This document shows positions 1 to 13,900 of a DNA stretch of 64,000 nucleotides, piece after piece; the stretch's first letter is position 1; every line of letters begins with the position of its first letter. This DNA comes from Pristiophorus japonicus. Its lineage: Eukaryota. The notes below the pieces were generated by a model. That model was not told the DNA's origin. It saw only the letters and a program-made list of their open reading frames with translations, and did no database searches. Position numbers and translations under genes: made by a program. The stretch is from positions 104,842,001-104,906,000 of the forward strand of contig NC_091989.1 in the NCBI RefSeq assembly GCF_044704955.1, in the 5' to 3' direction.

Positions 1-1542
1 GGTCCAATTGATCCAGTCTCTCCTCATATGTCAGTCCTGCCATCCCGGGAATCAGTCTGGTGAACCTTCGCTGCACTCCCTCAATAGCAAGAACGTCTTT
101 CCTCAGATTAGGAGATCAAAACTGAACACAATATTCCAGGTGAGGTCTCACCCAGGCCCTGTACAACTGCAGTAAGACCTCCCTGCTCATATACTCAAAT
201 CCGCTAGCTATGAAGGCCAACATACCATTTGCCTTCTTTACCGCCTGCTGTACCTGTATGCCAACTTTCAATGACTGATGAACCATGACACCCAGGTCTC
301 ATTGCACCTCCCCTTTTCCTAATCTGCCGGCATTCAGACAATATTCTGCCTCAGTGTTTTTGCCCCCAAAGTGGATGACCTCACATTTATCCACATTATA
401 CTGCATTGCCATGCATTTGCCCACTCACCTAGCCTGTCCAAGTCACCCTGCAGCCTCCTAGCCTCCCCCTCACAGTTCACATCGCCAACCAGTTTACTGT
501 CATCTGCAAATTTGGAGATATACACTCAATTCCTTCATCCAAATCATTGATGTGTATTGTAAACAGCTGGGGTCCCAGCACTGTCCCTGCGGCTCTCCAC
601 TAGTCACTGCATGCCATTCTGACTCACTGCTTCCTGTCTGCAAACCAGTTCTCTATCCATGTCAGTATATTACCCCCAATACCATGTGCTTTGATTTTGC
701 ACACCAACCTCGTGTGGGACCTTGTCAAAAGCCTTTTTAAAGTCCAAATATACCACATCCACTGATTCTCCCTTGTCCACTCTACTAGTTACATCCTCAA
801 AAAATTTCCAGAAGATTTGTCAAACATGATTTCCCCTTCATAAATCCATGCTGACTTGGACCGATCCTGTCACTGCTTTCCAAATGCATTGCTATTTCAT
901 CCTTAATAATTGAGTCCAACATTTTCCCCACTACTGATGTCAGGCTAACCGGTCTATAATTACCCGCTTTCTCTCTCCCTCCCTTTTTAAAAAGTGGTGT
1001 TACATTAGCTACCCTCCAGTCCATAGGAACTGATCCAGAGTCAATAGACTGTTGGAAAATGATCACCAATGCATCCACTATTTCTAGGACCACTTCCTTA
1101 AGTACTCTGGGATGCAGACGATCAGACCCCGAGGGTTTATTGGCCTTCAATCCCATCAATTTCCCTAACACAATTTCCCACCTAATAAGGATATCCATCA
1201 GTTCCTCCTTCTCACTAGACCCTCGGTCCCCTAGTACTTCCGGAAGGTTATTTGTGTCTTCCTTCGTGAAGACAGAACCAAAGTATTTGTTCAATTGGTC
1301 TGCCATTTCTTTGTTCCCGATTATAAATTCACCTGAATCCGACTGCAAGGGACCTACGTTTGTCTTCACTATTTTTTTTCTTTTCGCATATCGATAGAAG
1401 CTTTTGCAGTCAGTTTTTATGTTCCCAGCAAGCTTCTTCTTGTACTCTATTTTCCCCCTCTTAATTTAACCCTTTGTCCTCCTCTGCTGAATTCTAAATT
1501 TCTCCCAGTCCTCAGGTTTGTTGCTGTTTCTCGACAATTTAT
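1..1542 (-). mobile_element. CR1-type LINE fragment (ORF2 reverse transcriptase region), runs off window start
   Basis: ORF 797..1369 has CR1 RT motifs (DWRVANVTPLFKKG, NYRPVSLTSVVGK, QHGFMKGKSCLTNL); ORF 334..525 has KFADD; frameshifts present. Confidence 0.92.
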
Positions 1543-2396
1543 ATGGAGGCAGAAGAGGCGGGTATGGTTCTTAATGAATACTTGGCACCTGTTTTCACAA
1601 AAGAGAGGGGCAATGCAGACATTGCAATCAGGGAGGAGGATTGTGAAATATTGGATGAAATAAACATAGTGAGCGAGGAAGTTTTCAGGGGTTTAGCAGC
1701 TTTGAAAGAGGATAAATCCCCAGGCCTGAGAGAAATGCATCCCAGGCTGTTAAGAGAAGCAAAAGAGGAAATAGCAGAGGTCTGACCATCATTTTTAAAT
1801 CCTCTCTGGCTACAGGTGTGGTGCTGGAGGACTGGAGGACTGCTAATGTTGTACCTTTGCTTAAAAAGGGAGAAAGGGATAGACCAAGTAATTACAGGCC
1901 AGTCAGCCTAACCTCGGTGGTAGGAAAATTATTGGGAAAAATTCTGAGGAACAGGATAAATCTTCAACTAGAAAGACACGGATTAATCAAGGACAGTAAG
2001 CATGGATTTGTTAAGGGGAGGTCATGTGTGACTAACTTGATTGAATCTTTTGAGCAGGCATCAAGAAGGGTCGATGAGGATAGTGTATTTGATGTCGTGT
2101 ATATGGATTTTAGCAAGGCTTCTGATAAGGTCTCATGTGGAAGACTGGTCACAAAAATAAAGGCCCATGGGATCCAGGGCAAAGTGGCAAGTTGGATCCA
2201 AAATTGGCTCTGAGGCAGGAAGCAAAGGGTAATGGTTGATGGGTGTTTCTCGTGGGGTTCAGCAGGGCTCAGTATTAGGTCCCTTGCTTTTTGTGATATA
2301 TATATCAATGACGTGGGGCTAGATTTTCCACTTTTTTTGCATGCTAAATGCCCACTTAACATCGATTTTACCACTGAAATGACGTATAACACCCAT

Positions 2397-3231
2397 ATAG
2401 AAACATAGAAACATAGAAAATAGGTGCAGGAGTAGGCCATTCGGCCCTTCTAGCCTGCACCGCCATTCAATGAGTTCATGGCTGAACATTCAACTTCAGT
2501 ACCCCATTCCTGCTTTCTCGCCATACCCCTTGATCCCCCTAGCAGTAAGGACCTCATCTAACTCCTTTTTGAATATATTTAGTGAATTGGCCTCAACAAC
2601 TTTCTGTGGTAGAGAATTCCACAGGTTCACCACTCTCTGGGTGAAGAAGTTCCTCCGCATCTCGGTCCTAAATGGCTTACCCCTTATCCTTAGACTGTGA
2701 CCCCTGGTTCTGGACTTCCCCAACATTGGGAACATTCTTCCTGCATCTAACCTGTCTAACCCCGTCAGAATTTTATATGTTTCTATGAGGTCCCCTCTCA
2801 TTCTTCTGAACTCCAGTGAATACAAGCCCAGTTGATCCAGTCTTTCTTGATAGGTCAGTCCCGCCATCCCGGGAATCAGTCTGGTGAACCTTCGCTGCAC
2901 TCCCTCAATAGCAAGAATGTCCTTCCTCAGGTTAGGAGACCAAAACTGTACACAATACTCCAGGTGTGGCCTCACCAATGCCCTGTACAACTGTAGCAAC
3001 ACCTCCCTGCCCCTGTACTCAAATCCCCTTGCTATGAAGGCCAACATGCCATTTGCTTTCTTAACCGCCTGCTGCACCTGCATGCCAACCTTCAATGACT
3101 GATGTACCATGACACCCAGGTCTCTTTGCACCTCCCCTTTTCCTAATCTGTCACCATTCAGATAATAGTCTGTCTCTCTGTTTTTACCACCAAAGTGGAT
3201 AACCTCACATTTATCCACATTATACTTCATC
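2397..3231 (-). mobile_element. Young 5'-truncated CR1 inserted in the Harbinger
   Basis: Uninterrupted C-terminal ORF2 (LYRALVRPHLEYCVQFWSP...) in ORF 2496..3266; (atagaaac)n tail at about 2397-2418. Confidence 0.92.
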
Positions 3232-3815
3232 GTCCATTTAGCCACAAAATGGAAACTGATGTGCATTTTTCGGAAACTTATCGGCGAGCGTTACTTTCCC
3301 CATGTGCGTAACGCCGAGAAAAAATAATACCACCCACTCGCTTTTTCTGGGTGGAACCATCAGAATGGGCAAAATCAAAGCCCATAATATCACCCAGCAT
3401 TACTTTCCACACAGAATTACCGCCGAGATTCAATAATACCGCCTGCTCATTTTTTTCTGTCATAAAGAGCACATTTGGCGAAACTAACATCCAGGAGATT
3501 GCCCACCATCACTTTCATCACCTTGCACACATATCGCCCACAATATCGCTCTCACAAAAAAACGCCCAGAAAAAGTGGAACTGTTCTGAACTAAAGCCAG
3601 TAGTGTGGCTGCTATTTTTTAAATCGCAGTTCGCTTCATTCAAAAAGGCTGCTTCAACTTTGGGGGAGGTTGCATTGACTCTGGAGTTCTTCTCAGGTGA
3701 AGTGACCATCTCAACAGACATATTTTCAGACTCTGGACTATTGGGGGTTTACTCGAGGTGTAGTTTAGTGATGAAATTATTGCTTCTGATCAATCGCTAT
3801 TAAACGTCCATTGCG

Positions 3816-5021
3816 ATGGGGCCAGCCATTTCTCAGCCTGCATCGATTAACACGCAGATGCTGCAGAGTGCAGATGGTTCAATGTGTGATGCACATCATT
3901 ATGTCCCCAATTTAAGACGTGCAAGAATGAGGAGGAGGGCCAGACCATACACACCGCATATGTACAGGGAAAAGAGGTCTTATCTCGATGTGCCTGACCA
4001 CAGCTACCTTCGGAGACTGCACTTCCACAAGATGGTGATCAATGAAATATGTGAGCTCATCAGGCCACATATGCAGCCTGCCATCAGGACATCAGTGTCG
4101 GTCAAGGTCAAGGTCACCGTGGTACTGTCTTTCTACGCATCCGGTTCCTTTCGGGCCTCCACGGTCGAGATTTGCCCTCTGTCTCACCATGCCACCCATC
4201 GCTGCATTAAACAGGTCACAGAGGCCCTGTAAGCGAGAAGATGGATTTTATCAGCTTCCCCATGACCACAGAGGCTCAGATTGACAGGGCTGGAGCATTC
4301 TACCACATTGCAAAGTTCCCCGTGGTGCAGGGAGCTATACAGTGCACTCACATCGTCATGAGGCCACCTTCTCAGGACCCGCAGCGTTTTCATAACAGAT
4401 AAGGATTTCACTCCCTGAAGGTCCAAATAGTTGTCGACCACAACCAGATCATCATGGCAGTGAATGGCAAATGTCCGGGCACCTTCAATGAAGCTCACAT
4501 CCTGTGTGAGAGCACTGTCTCTGACATCTTTAAGAGTCAGCCACAAGGACAATGCTGGATGCTTGGTGATAACCGATATGGCCTAGCCACCTGGCTGATG
4601 ACCTCCTTGCATGACACCCACATCGAGGCCGAGAAGAGATACAACCAGAGCCACAGAGACACACACACAATGTGGTCTAGAAAACAATAACTGTGCTAAG
4701 CAGCGCTTCAGATGTCTGGAGCACTCAGGAGGGCAGCTACAATATAACTCTGAGCAAATAGGTAAATTCGTGGTCTTGTCCTCCATGCTGAACAATCTGG
4801 CTATCAGGAGGGGCCAAGAATTACCAGAAGGGACTGATGCTCCACCTCAGGAGAGCGAGGAAGAGGAGGACGAGGGGCTGGATGCTGACCTAGGGCCAGA
4901 CAATCAGGCTGGCTATGCAACCATGCCCACAACCCTCTCCAGACCACAGGAAAAGGACCGTGGTGGCTACATAGCTGCAAGACTCATAGATGAGGAGCTT
5001 ATATCTGAACGATTTGCCTGA
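3816..5021 (+). pseudogene. Harbinger (HARBI1-like, DDE_Tnp_4) transposase with stops and frameshifts
   Basis: Motifs FYASGSF, QGAIQCTHI, GFHSLKVQIVVD, WMLGDNRY, KQRFRCL spread across ORFs 3816..4232, 4454..4690 and 4611..5021. Confidence 0.88.
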
Positions 5022-5449
5022 AAGAACATTGCTCTAAGTGACAACACTGACACACTGCTGTGCGTGTGCAGCTCAGACATCAATGATGCCCATCACCTTG
5101 GTGTCAGTTAAAGTTTACATTGATTGAAGTTAAGTTTTATTTATCCCTTTCATGTTAAGGAATCACCAGTGTGTTACGATCCAGCTATCTGAGAGAATGC
5201 GCAACCGGTTATGTGCAATAAAACAACATTGGTCTGAAATCATAAGTATCACAGGCAAAAACACCCAATCCCCGCCCACACCCCACTTTTTCCACCATTG
5301 ACATCAATCAAATCTTCAACATGTCCAACAACACAGAATACAAATGCAAAGCAGGAGGGTAGTCCCCTCCCCCCATACATTGCAACAAATTGCATACACC
5401 CAGATAGAGATATAACACAGCCATCACCTGCACATATGCACCTCACTTT

Positions 5450-7251
5450 CCTTCCCCGATCCCCTTCATCTCCCCACCTCTACCCCTTCCATTCCTTGCT
5501 CAATGGTGCCTGGCCGAAGAGCTCCTCAGACGGTGTCTCATTGGGGGGATGAAGGCAGAAGCGGTTGTTGCACGGATACAGGAGCGGGGGTTGCCAAGGG
5601 GGAAACATTCTCTGATGCAGAAGCAGGATCCTGGTCCTTGCTCTCATCTGTCATTCGCAGTGGTGGTGCGGAACCTAGGAGTGGAGTGCCGCGCTCTGGG
5701 ACCACTGGGAGGCCTGTGCCAGCTGTGTTCTGGCTATCGCATCCAGGGCCACCGCCATCCATGGAATATACTGAGTCATGATGGCCAGCTGTCGTGATAT
5801 ATGCCCCCCAATGCTTTGATGGTCACCAATGTCAACCGTCCTCCTGGACAACTGTACCATCTCTCCGCTCTCATGTGGCACTCGTTGACCAAGCCTGCTG
5901 CGTCCATGAGGCCTCCTCGGGGTCGGCGCCATTCTGGGGACAAACACGGTGCCCTCTAGCGAGGTGCTTGGCGCCAGTACTTCCAGAGTGGAGGCGGGAA
6001 TGACCGGAGGACCACTAGATGGCCTTGGGGTGGAAGGGCTTCTGGAGCATGGCAATGAAGATTCTTCGAAGTTGGCACCCTCATCCATGGAGAACAGACC
6101 CAGCGGATTGACGGGCGAGAATCGGAGCTCCTCAGCACCAGATGTAGGATTGTCCGGTGAGTCTGGCCCCGTGCCCCCACATCCTGGCCTCTGTGGTCTT
6201 GCCTGGGGCCACGCTGCTGGCTGAGCTGCAAAACACAAATGAGGTTATTAGAGGAGAAAGGGGTGCTAGGGTCACAAGGTGAGTCCAGCGCTACACACAG
6301 CATATGCACGACAAAAGCACCACCGCTATCAAAATCATCATAGACATCACATTTCATGACCATCGACACATTTGCATTGCAATGATTTTCATTAGGCCAG
6401 CATTATTTCTAGGACAATTTTAGAAATCATCTATCATATATGATTGTTCGGATATGAGTGGGTGTGGCATCTATTGAATTTGCATCACGCAATGGTGTCA
6501 GCTTTACTCACGTGGCATCACTTTAAGATCTGCAGATGCTTCTGTGGTTATCCGGGTGTGCTTCCCTACGAGTGCGAGCACCCACTCCTCCATGTCAGTG
6601 ATGTCGTTGGGGACTACTGGCCCCCCACCCGTTCGCCTCTGCACCAACTTCATCATTGATAGCTTCTTCTGTAAAAGGTGACAGGATGACATGGCATGAG
6701 ATCATTGCATGATATCATTGCTAGGTACTGTCACAGAGACTGATACACCACATAACCGACAGATGTAATCATGCTTATTATGATTATTATCATTCTTTAC
6801 CTAAAGACGTACCGTGACCGCAGGCTTAGAGTAAAACATTTCCGGTGAAAGTGGAAGACCTCACATCTGCTGATAGTCACTCATGACTGTTACAAATCAA
6901 ATTATATAAATACGTAAGTATATGTAAATAAATGTAATACTCTTGCGGATCCCACAAGGTCATTCCATCGTTTGCGGCATTGGTTGTCATCATGCTCCTG
7001 TTGGTCGCCGATGAGACCATCTCTGATATCTCAGTCCATATCTTCTGGTATGCCTTTGGGGTTGGCTTTCCACGCCCTCCCTCTGTCAAATCACCCCAGC
7101 GTAACTCGACCTCCTGCAGGAGGGAGGCATTTGCCTCGTCTGAGAACCTCCTGGCTCTTTTGCGGCCTCCAATGTGCTCCTCTCCCACCTCACTGCTCTC
7201 TCCAGCATCAGTCTCCACAGCGTGCTGTGATTCCTCCTCCTCTCCCTCCAT
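5450..7251 (-). pseudogene. Harbinger Myb/SANT DNA-binding protein gene, 3 exons (about 7251-6941, 6668-6512, 6225-5450), decayed
   Basis: RKRARRFSDEANASLL...W...YQKIWTEI followed by QCRKRWNDL in a shifted frame; GT-AG sites at the inferred exon borders; 3' end approximate. Confidence 0.8.
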
Positions 7252-8603
7252 TATAGGCCAAATTCGGACAAATATCTGGATGGTAACAGCTAATTTTTTT
7301 CTTCCGTATTTGCTGTAAAACTCTCAAGTCTCCCTCCTTCCTCCCAAAGCAGCCACATCACACCGAGACACGCCTTCAGTCCCTCTCAGCTCCCTCTCTC
7401 TCTGTCTTCTCTTCTGCGCATGTCATGATGACCCTTGACCTCCTGAATCACGGGAATAGAGCATTGTCATGCCCTTGCTAAGGATGCCGACACTTTACAG
7501 CAGAAGGGTAGCGAGATTTAACGCTACTGCCCATTTCATATCGCTCGCGGTAATGCCCAATTTCAAAAATGGAGACTAGGTGCTTTGAGAATGGGCGAGA
7601 ACCCGGCGATCTGAAAATCCATTTTTCTACCTCCCATGCCAGAAATAATGGCCATTTTTGGGTGATATGCTCAAAAGTGTAAAATCTCGCCTTTAGACTT
7701 GACTTTAGGAGGTAAGATTAGTAAGTTTTCAAATGATGCTAAAATCGGCTGTGTGGTTGTTAATGAAGAAGAAAGCTGCAGACTGCAGGAAGATATCAAT
7801 GAACTGGTCTGGTGGGCAGAACAGTGGCAAATGGAATTCAATCCGGAGAAATGTGTGGTATGCATTTGGGGAGGGCTAACAAGGCAAGGGAATGCACATT
7901 AAATAGTAGGACACTGAGAAGTGTAGAGGAACAAAGGGACCTTGAACCTTGGAGTGCCTGTCCACAGTTCCCTGAAGGTAGCTGGACAGGGGGATAAGTG
8001 GTTAAGAAGGCACACGGAATACTTGTCTTTATTAGCCGAGGCATAGAAGAGTAGGGAGGTTATGCTTGAAGTGTTTAAAACACTAGTATGACCACAGCTA
8101 GAGTACCGCGCACAGTTATGGTCACCATATTATAGCAAATATGTGATTGTACTAGATGGGACTGGAGAATTTTAGCTATGAGAAAAGAATGGATAGGCTG
8201 GGGTTGTTTTCTTTGGAAGAGAGGAGACTGAGGGGAGACCTTATTGGCGTGTATAAAATTATGAGGAGCCTAGATAGAGTGGATAGGATGGACCAATTTC
8301 CCTCAGCAGACGGGCCAACAACCAGGGGGCATAGGTTTGAAGTAAGTAGTAGAAGGTTTAGAGAGATTTGAGGGGAAATTTCATCACTCCAAGGGTTGTG
8401 GGGGTCTGGAACTCACTGCCCGAAAGGGTGTGGAGGCAGAAACCCTCACCACATTTAAAATGTACTTGGAGGGGCACTTGAAATGCCGCAACTTGCAGGG
8501 CTATGGACCAAGAGCTGGAAAGTGGGATTAGGATTGATAGCTGGCGCGGGCACGATGGGCCAAAATGGCCTCCTTCCATGCTGTAAGTTTCAATTTTTCT
8601 ATG

Positions 8604-9197
8604 AAAATGCTGGAAATACTCAGCAGGTCAGGCAGCATCTGTGGAGAGACAAGCAGAGTTAGCTTTTCAGGTTGATGACCTTTCATCAGAACTGGAAAAA
8701 GTTAGAGATGTAATGGGTTTTATGCAAGCACAGGGGCAGAGAAAGGGGGGAGGGAAGGCCAGAACAAAAGGGAAGGTCTGTGAGAGGGTGGAAGGCAGGA
8801 GTGACTAAATGACAAAAGGTATGATAGTACAAAGCAAAAGGAGATGGTAATGGGACAAGTAAAGAAACATAAGATGAGTCTAGGAGAGATGTAAATGGGA
8901 CTGGCAGAATCATCAGCAGCTGCCATTTGAAAAAATAGGGGCAGAGGTTGTGGTCTGAAACAGTTGAACTTGATGTTGAGTCCAGAATGCTGAAAAGTGC
9001 CTAATCGAAAGATGATGTGCTGTTCCTCAAACTTTCGTTGATCTTCATTGGAACAGTGTAAGAGGCCGAGCACTGAGAGGTCAGAGTGTGAGTGGAGCGG
9101 AGAATTAAAGTGACAGGCGACCGGAAGCTCGGGGTCTTGCTGACATCTCGGGGTCAAGTTAATATTTCAGTCAAACCTTTCATCAGAACTGGAAAAA
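8604..9197 (-). mobile_element. Penelope-like element remnant (GIY-YIG endonuclease C-terminus plus pLTR repeat)
   Basis: ORF 8720..9157 has PVACHFNSPLHSHSDLSVLGL...EEQHIIFRLGT..GLN; direct repeat acctttcatcagaactggaaaaa at about 8678-8700 and 9175-9197. Confidence 0.8.
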
Positions 9198-9234
9198 TAA
9201 AGATAAATAGCATTTAAAGAGGAAGAAACAAATG

Positions 9235-10000
9235 ACACTTACATTTATATAATGCCGTTAAAGTTGAAAAACATCCTAAAGTGTTTCACAAAGGCCTAAC
9301 CAAAATGAAAAAAACACCCAGCCAAAGAAAGACATATTAGAAGAGAAGAACCAAAAGCTTGATCAAAGAAGTGGGTTTAAAGGACAAGTTTAATGAAGGA
9401 GAGAGAATGCAGAGGCAGAGGAGTTTAGAGAAAGTTTAGAGAGAGCATCGAGTCTAGGCAATGGTGGGGCAAAGGGAGAGGTAATGTACTACATTCCACA
9501 GATAGGGGATTGGTAAGATGGGGGAGTTGTTGGCTGGAGGGGTTACTGAGATAGGGAAAAGCATGAACATGAAGGAATTTAAATGAGGATGAAAATTTTA
9601 AATTAGAGGCACTGGGAGTCGAGAAACCAATGATGGTCAACCAGGACAGGGGTGATGGGTAAGCAGGACTTGATGCAGGATAGGATATGGGCAGCACATT
9701 TTTGGATGAGCGGAACTTTATGGAGGGTGGAGATTGGGGGCTAGCTAGGAGTGTTTTGATGTAATGGGTAGATCTTGACTATGTGCGGCAGTCTAAATGT
9801 GTAATAGCGAGTCAACAGCCTGTTTTGCATTTCTCCCGATTGTTATTTCCATTGACTTCCATTGATCTAGCCCATTGAGTTAGAAGGTTAGCGGGTATGG
9901 ATGGATGTTCCAGCTGCAGAATGAGATAGGGGTGAAGACGAGTAATTTTACTGAGATGGAACTCGGCAGTCTTTGTAATGAAGAGGATGTGGGGTCACGA
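9235..10000 (-). mobile_element. Old L2-type LINE 3' fragment containing a small MITE (about 9766-9872)
   Basis: Resembles the L2-like 3' ends at 18799-19250 and 36305-36520; MITE ends gggtagat / atctagccc. Confidence 0.55.
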
Positions 10001-10946
10001 TCACCAAGATATTGTTTGTGAATTTGGTTAGATTCGTATCAGTGCTATGGTGAGGTGTACATCTGATTAGTCAGATTCAAACAGGGTTTTGTAGGCAAGA
10101 AAGGCATGGAGCAAAGGGAAGACTGAGCAAAAAATAAACATGTGTGTGAGAGAGAAATCAGAGTGATCTCCTGTTCTTCATTTAACTACTTTACAGTGTA
10201 AGATTTATTAGATCTGTCAGATTTATTATATCTGTCAGAAAAGACTTATGTCCATGTCCACAACAAACCATGCTGGGTATAGGTATTTTATAAATAAGCA
10301 CAACAGATTTTATTAAGTAGTTTGCTTCCAGTACAACGAAATAATACTTAACAAGGCGATAGTCACAGTCTGTTCCTTGAAACCTCAATGGTAGCCCAAG
10401 TGACCGCAGTGCTTGTCTCTTGCTGTGTTCTGTTGACTGTAGTCCTCCTCCAGTCTTCTTCTGTGTTAGCGCTGCCTCCAGAGTTCAATAGCTGTTACTT
10501 TATCTGTATATTCCCATTCAAATGCTGTGAAAATCTGCAGCTGTTTCAGCCTTACAATAGATCATTCTAAGTCTACTGCCTTTGAATTTCTATGCTATCT
10601 CCATCTCCTCTCCCTCTCTGTGGCAGGAATTACTTCTCTGAGTACAATTATACAGACCATAAGAACATAAGAACACAGGAAATAGGAGCATGAGTAGGAC
10701 ATTTGATCCCTAGAGCCTACTACGCCATTTAATATGATCATGGCTGATCTGATCATGGGGTCAGCTCCCCTTCTCTGCCCACTCCCCATAACCCTTTATT
10801 ACCTTATCGCTCAAAACTCTGTCTATCTCCACCATAAATATATTCAATGAGTCAGCCTCCACAGCTCTCTGGGTAAGAGAATGCCATATAGTTACAAATT
10901 CTTTCTCATCTCAGTTTTAAATGGGCAGCCCTTATTCTGAGACCAT

Positions 10947-13900
10947 GGGCTAGACTTTCAACTTTTGTGCAGATCGGCCAAAAATGGGCATTATTTCCAG
11001 CGTGGGTGGTAAAAATAGATTTTGAGATCGTCGGTTATCGCCCATTTTCAAAACCTTAACTTTCCATTTTTGAAAATGGGCATTACCACAACTGATCTGA
11101 AATGAGCATTAAACTTTTTTGACCTTATGCCGTAAAGTGTCGCTGACCATATCAATGGCATAGCAATGCTCATTTCCCAGGTTTCAGGAGGTCAGGGGAC
11201 ATCATTACACGTGCATAAGAGGAGACCGAGAGAGAGGGAGCAGAGAGGGACTGAACGCATGTGTGGGTGTGGTGTGCACTCATTTGGCTGCTGTGGGAGG
11301 CAGGATGGAGATTCACCAGCAGAAAAAAGCCTACTAAGCACAAAGAAGGTAGTTGGCACCGAGTTTTTGTGGAAAAAATAATATTTAACATGAAAGGAAT
11401 GGAGGAGGTGACCCAGCACATTGTGGAGACTGAGAACGCTGACGAAAGCAGTGAGCTGGGAGAGGAACAATTGGGAGGACGCAAAAGATCAAGGAGGCTC
11501 TTGGACAAGGAAAATGCCTCCCTCATGCAGGAGGTTGAGTCACGCTGGGTTCAATTGACCCAGGGAGGGCATGGGAAGCCCACCCCAAAGGCCTACCAGA
11601 AGATATGGCCGAGATAGCCGAGGTGATCTTGTCAGCGACCAAGAGGCGTATGAGGGCAACCAATGCCGCAAGTGATGGAACGACCTTGTTGGATCTGCCA
11701 GATTAAGAATTACATTTATTTACATGTAATTATATATTTATATAATTGGAATCGTAAGTGTAATGAGTGATTAAAATCAGATGTGATGTCTCGCACTTAC
11801 ACCGGGAAAGTTGTACTCAAAGCCTGCGATCAAGGTGTACATCTTTAGGTAAAGAATGATCATTTTCATTATAATCATGATTACATCTGTTAGTTATAAG
11901 AACATAAGAACATAAGAACATAAGAAATAGGAACATGAGTAGGCCATATGGCCCCTCGAGCCTGCTCCGCCATTCAATAAGATCAGGGCTGATCTGATCA
12001 TGGACTCAGCTCCACTTCACCGCCCGCTCCCCATAATCCCTTATTCCCTTATCGTTTTAGAAACTGTCTATTTCTGTCTTAAATTTATTCAATATCCCAG
12101 CTTCCACAATTCTCTGAGGCAGTGAATTCCACAGATTTACAACCCTCTGAGAGAAGAAATTTCTCCTCATCTCTGTTTTAAATGGACGGCCCTTTATTCT
12201 AAGCTAGATCTAGTCTCCCCCATCAGTGGAAACAGCCTCTCTGCATCCACCTTGTCAAGCAGTGTTATATCTGTCCCTGTGACATTACCCAGCAATGATA
12301 TCACGCAATGATCTCATGCCATGTTGTGCTGTTGTTATCTTTTACAGAAGAAGCTTTCGAGGAATAGGGCTGAGCAGAGGTGAACAGTTGGAGGGCTACC
12401 AGTCATCATCGACCTCACCGACATCGAGGAGCGGGTGCTAGCACTAGTGGGGACTCACACCTGGTCGGCCACCCAAGCAGCAGCAGAGCCTGATGTGAAA
12501 CCATGTGAGTAAAGCATACACCATTGCGTGATGTAAAGTCAATAGATGCCACACCCACTCATATCCGACCAATATATGAATCATAAAATTCTTCTCTAAA
12601 TAATGATGTCCTCATGAGAATCATTGCAATGCAGAATTTGGTGATGGTCATGAAATGTAATGTCTGTGATGATCTTGATAGCGGTGTTCCTTTTGTCATG
12701 CATATGCTGGTGTAGTTCTGGACTCACCTTATGACTTGTGCACTCACTTCTCCACGAATAAGCTCATTTATGTTTTGCAGCTCAGCCAGCAGCGCAGTCC
12801 CAGGCAACAACACCGAGCCTAGAAGTTGGGGGCGTGGGGACGGACTCTCCAGACTTTCCTCCATCTGGTGCTGAGGAGCAACGATTCTCACCCGTGCATC
12901 TGATGGGTCCCTTCTCAACAGGGATAGTGCCACCTTCAAGGAGTCTGCATCCCCAAACTCCATAATCCATTCGACACCGATGACATCTAGTGCTCCTGTG
13001 GCCATTCCCACATCCACCATGGAGGTGCCAGGCTCAAGCACCTTGCCACAGGGCACCCCAGGTATCTCCAGGATGGCACTGACCAAGCGGAGGTTGGTTC
13101 AATGCGGTAGGTCTGCTCCACGAGTGGCAGATCTGAGCGGGGACATGGTACACTTGTCCAGGAGGAGTGTTGACATAGGTCAGAAGATCCAACACACAAT
13201 GGGGGGCATATCCTCCCAGTTGACTAGCCTGTCCGCGACCATGATCGAGTATGTGCCATGGATGGCGGAGGCCCTGGAGCTGATAGCCAGGAATACTGGT
13301 GGCAGAGACCTCCCAGTGGTCGCAGAGCGCGGCACTGCACCCCAAAGTGCCGCACTCCCATTGCCAACGACACATTAGAGCCAGGAGGAAGATCTTGCTT
13401 CTGGCCCGGAAGACATTCCCACGTCGGGACCGTCCTCTCCCCTATCCGTCCAGGCAGCGGTCCGGCTGTCATCTCTTCCAATGAAGCAGCACCTGAGGAG
13501 CTCCTCGGCCAGGCAGCTTGGAGTCAGGAGGGGAATCGGAAGGGGTAGAGTTGGGGAAGAGAAGTGGGGAGGAAAGGAAAGTGAGGTGCATGGCCACAGG
13601 TGTGGTCTTGGGAATATTTTTATGTTGTTGGTGCTATTTTGGTGGGTGGGTCGGGGGAACGGGCGAGGGGGCTACCTTGCTGGTTTGCATTTGTGTTCTG
13701 TGTTGCTCGTAATGGTGACCACTCGAGTGATGTAAATCTGATAACTTTGTTGTGGGGTGGGGCGGGGGTGGGGTGGGATGTTTTATACAGTTATAATTAT
13801 GATTTCACACAAATGGCGGGTTAAATGTTTTTTATTAAACATAACCTTGTTGCGGATTCCCTCAGATAGCTACACCGTTACACACTGGTGATTCCTTAAC

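Larger units (their letters stand above)
2316..7692 (+). mobile_element. PIF/Harbinger DNA transposon, near full length, decayed
   Basis: Imperfect TIRs gggctagattttccactttt / aaaagtgtaaaatctcgcct; contains convergent transposase and Myb/SANT genes. Confidence 0.9.
1543..8603 (+). mobile_element. Decayed CR1 LINE of a second subfamily, split by a Harbinger insertion (pieces 1543-2315 and 7693-8603)
   Basis: RT motifs in ORF 1818..2213; '...tatatcaatgac' at 2312 resumes as 'ttagacttg' at 7693, collinear with the uninterrupted copy at about 23670-23700. Confidence 0.88.

Noticed and set aside
3816-5021. Host HARBI1 gene
   Set aside because: Has stops and frameshifts and lies between TIRs with a Myb partner, so it is a transposon copy
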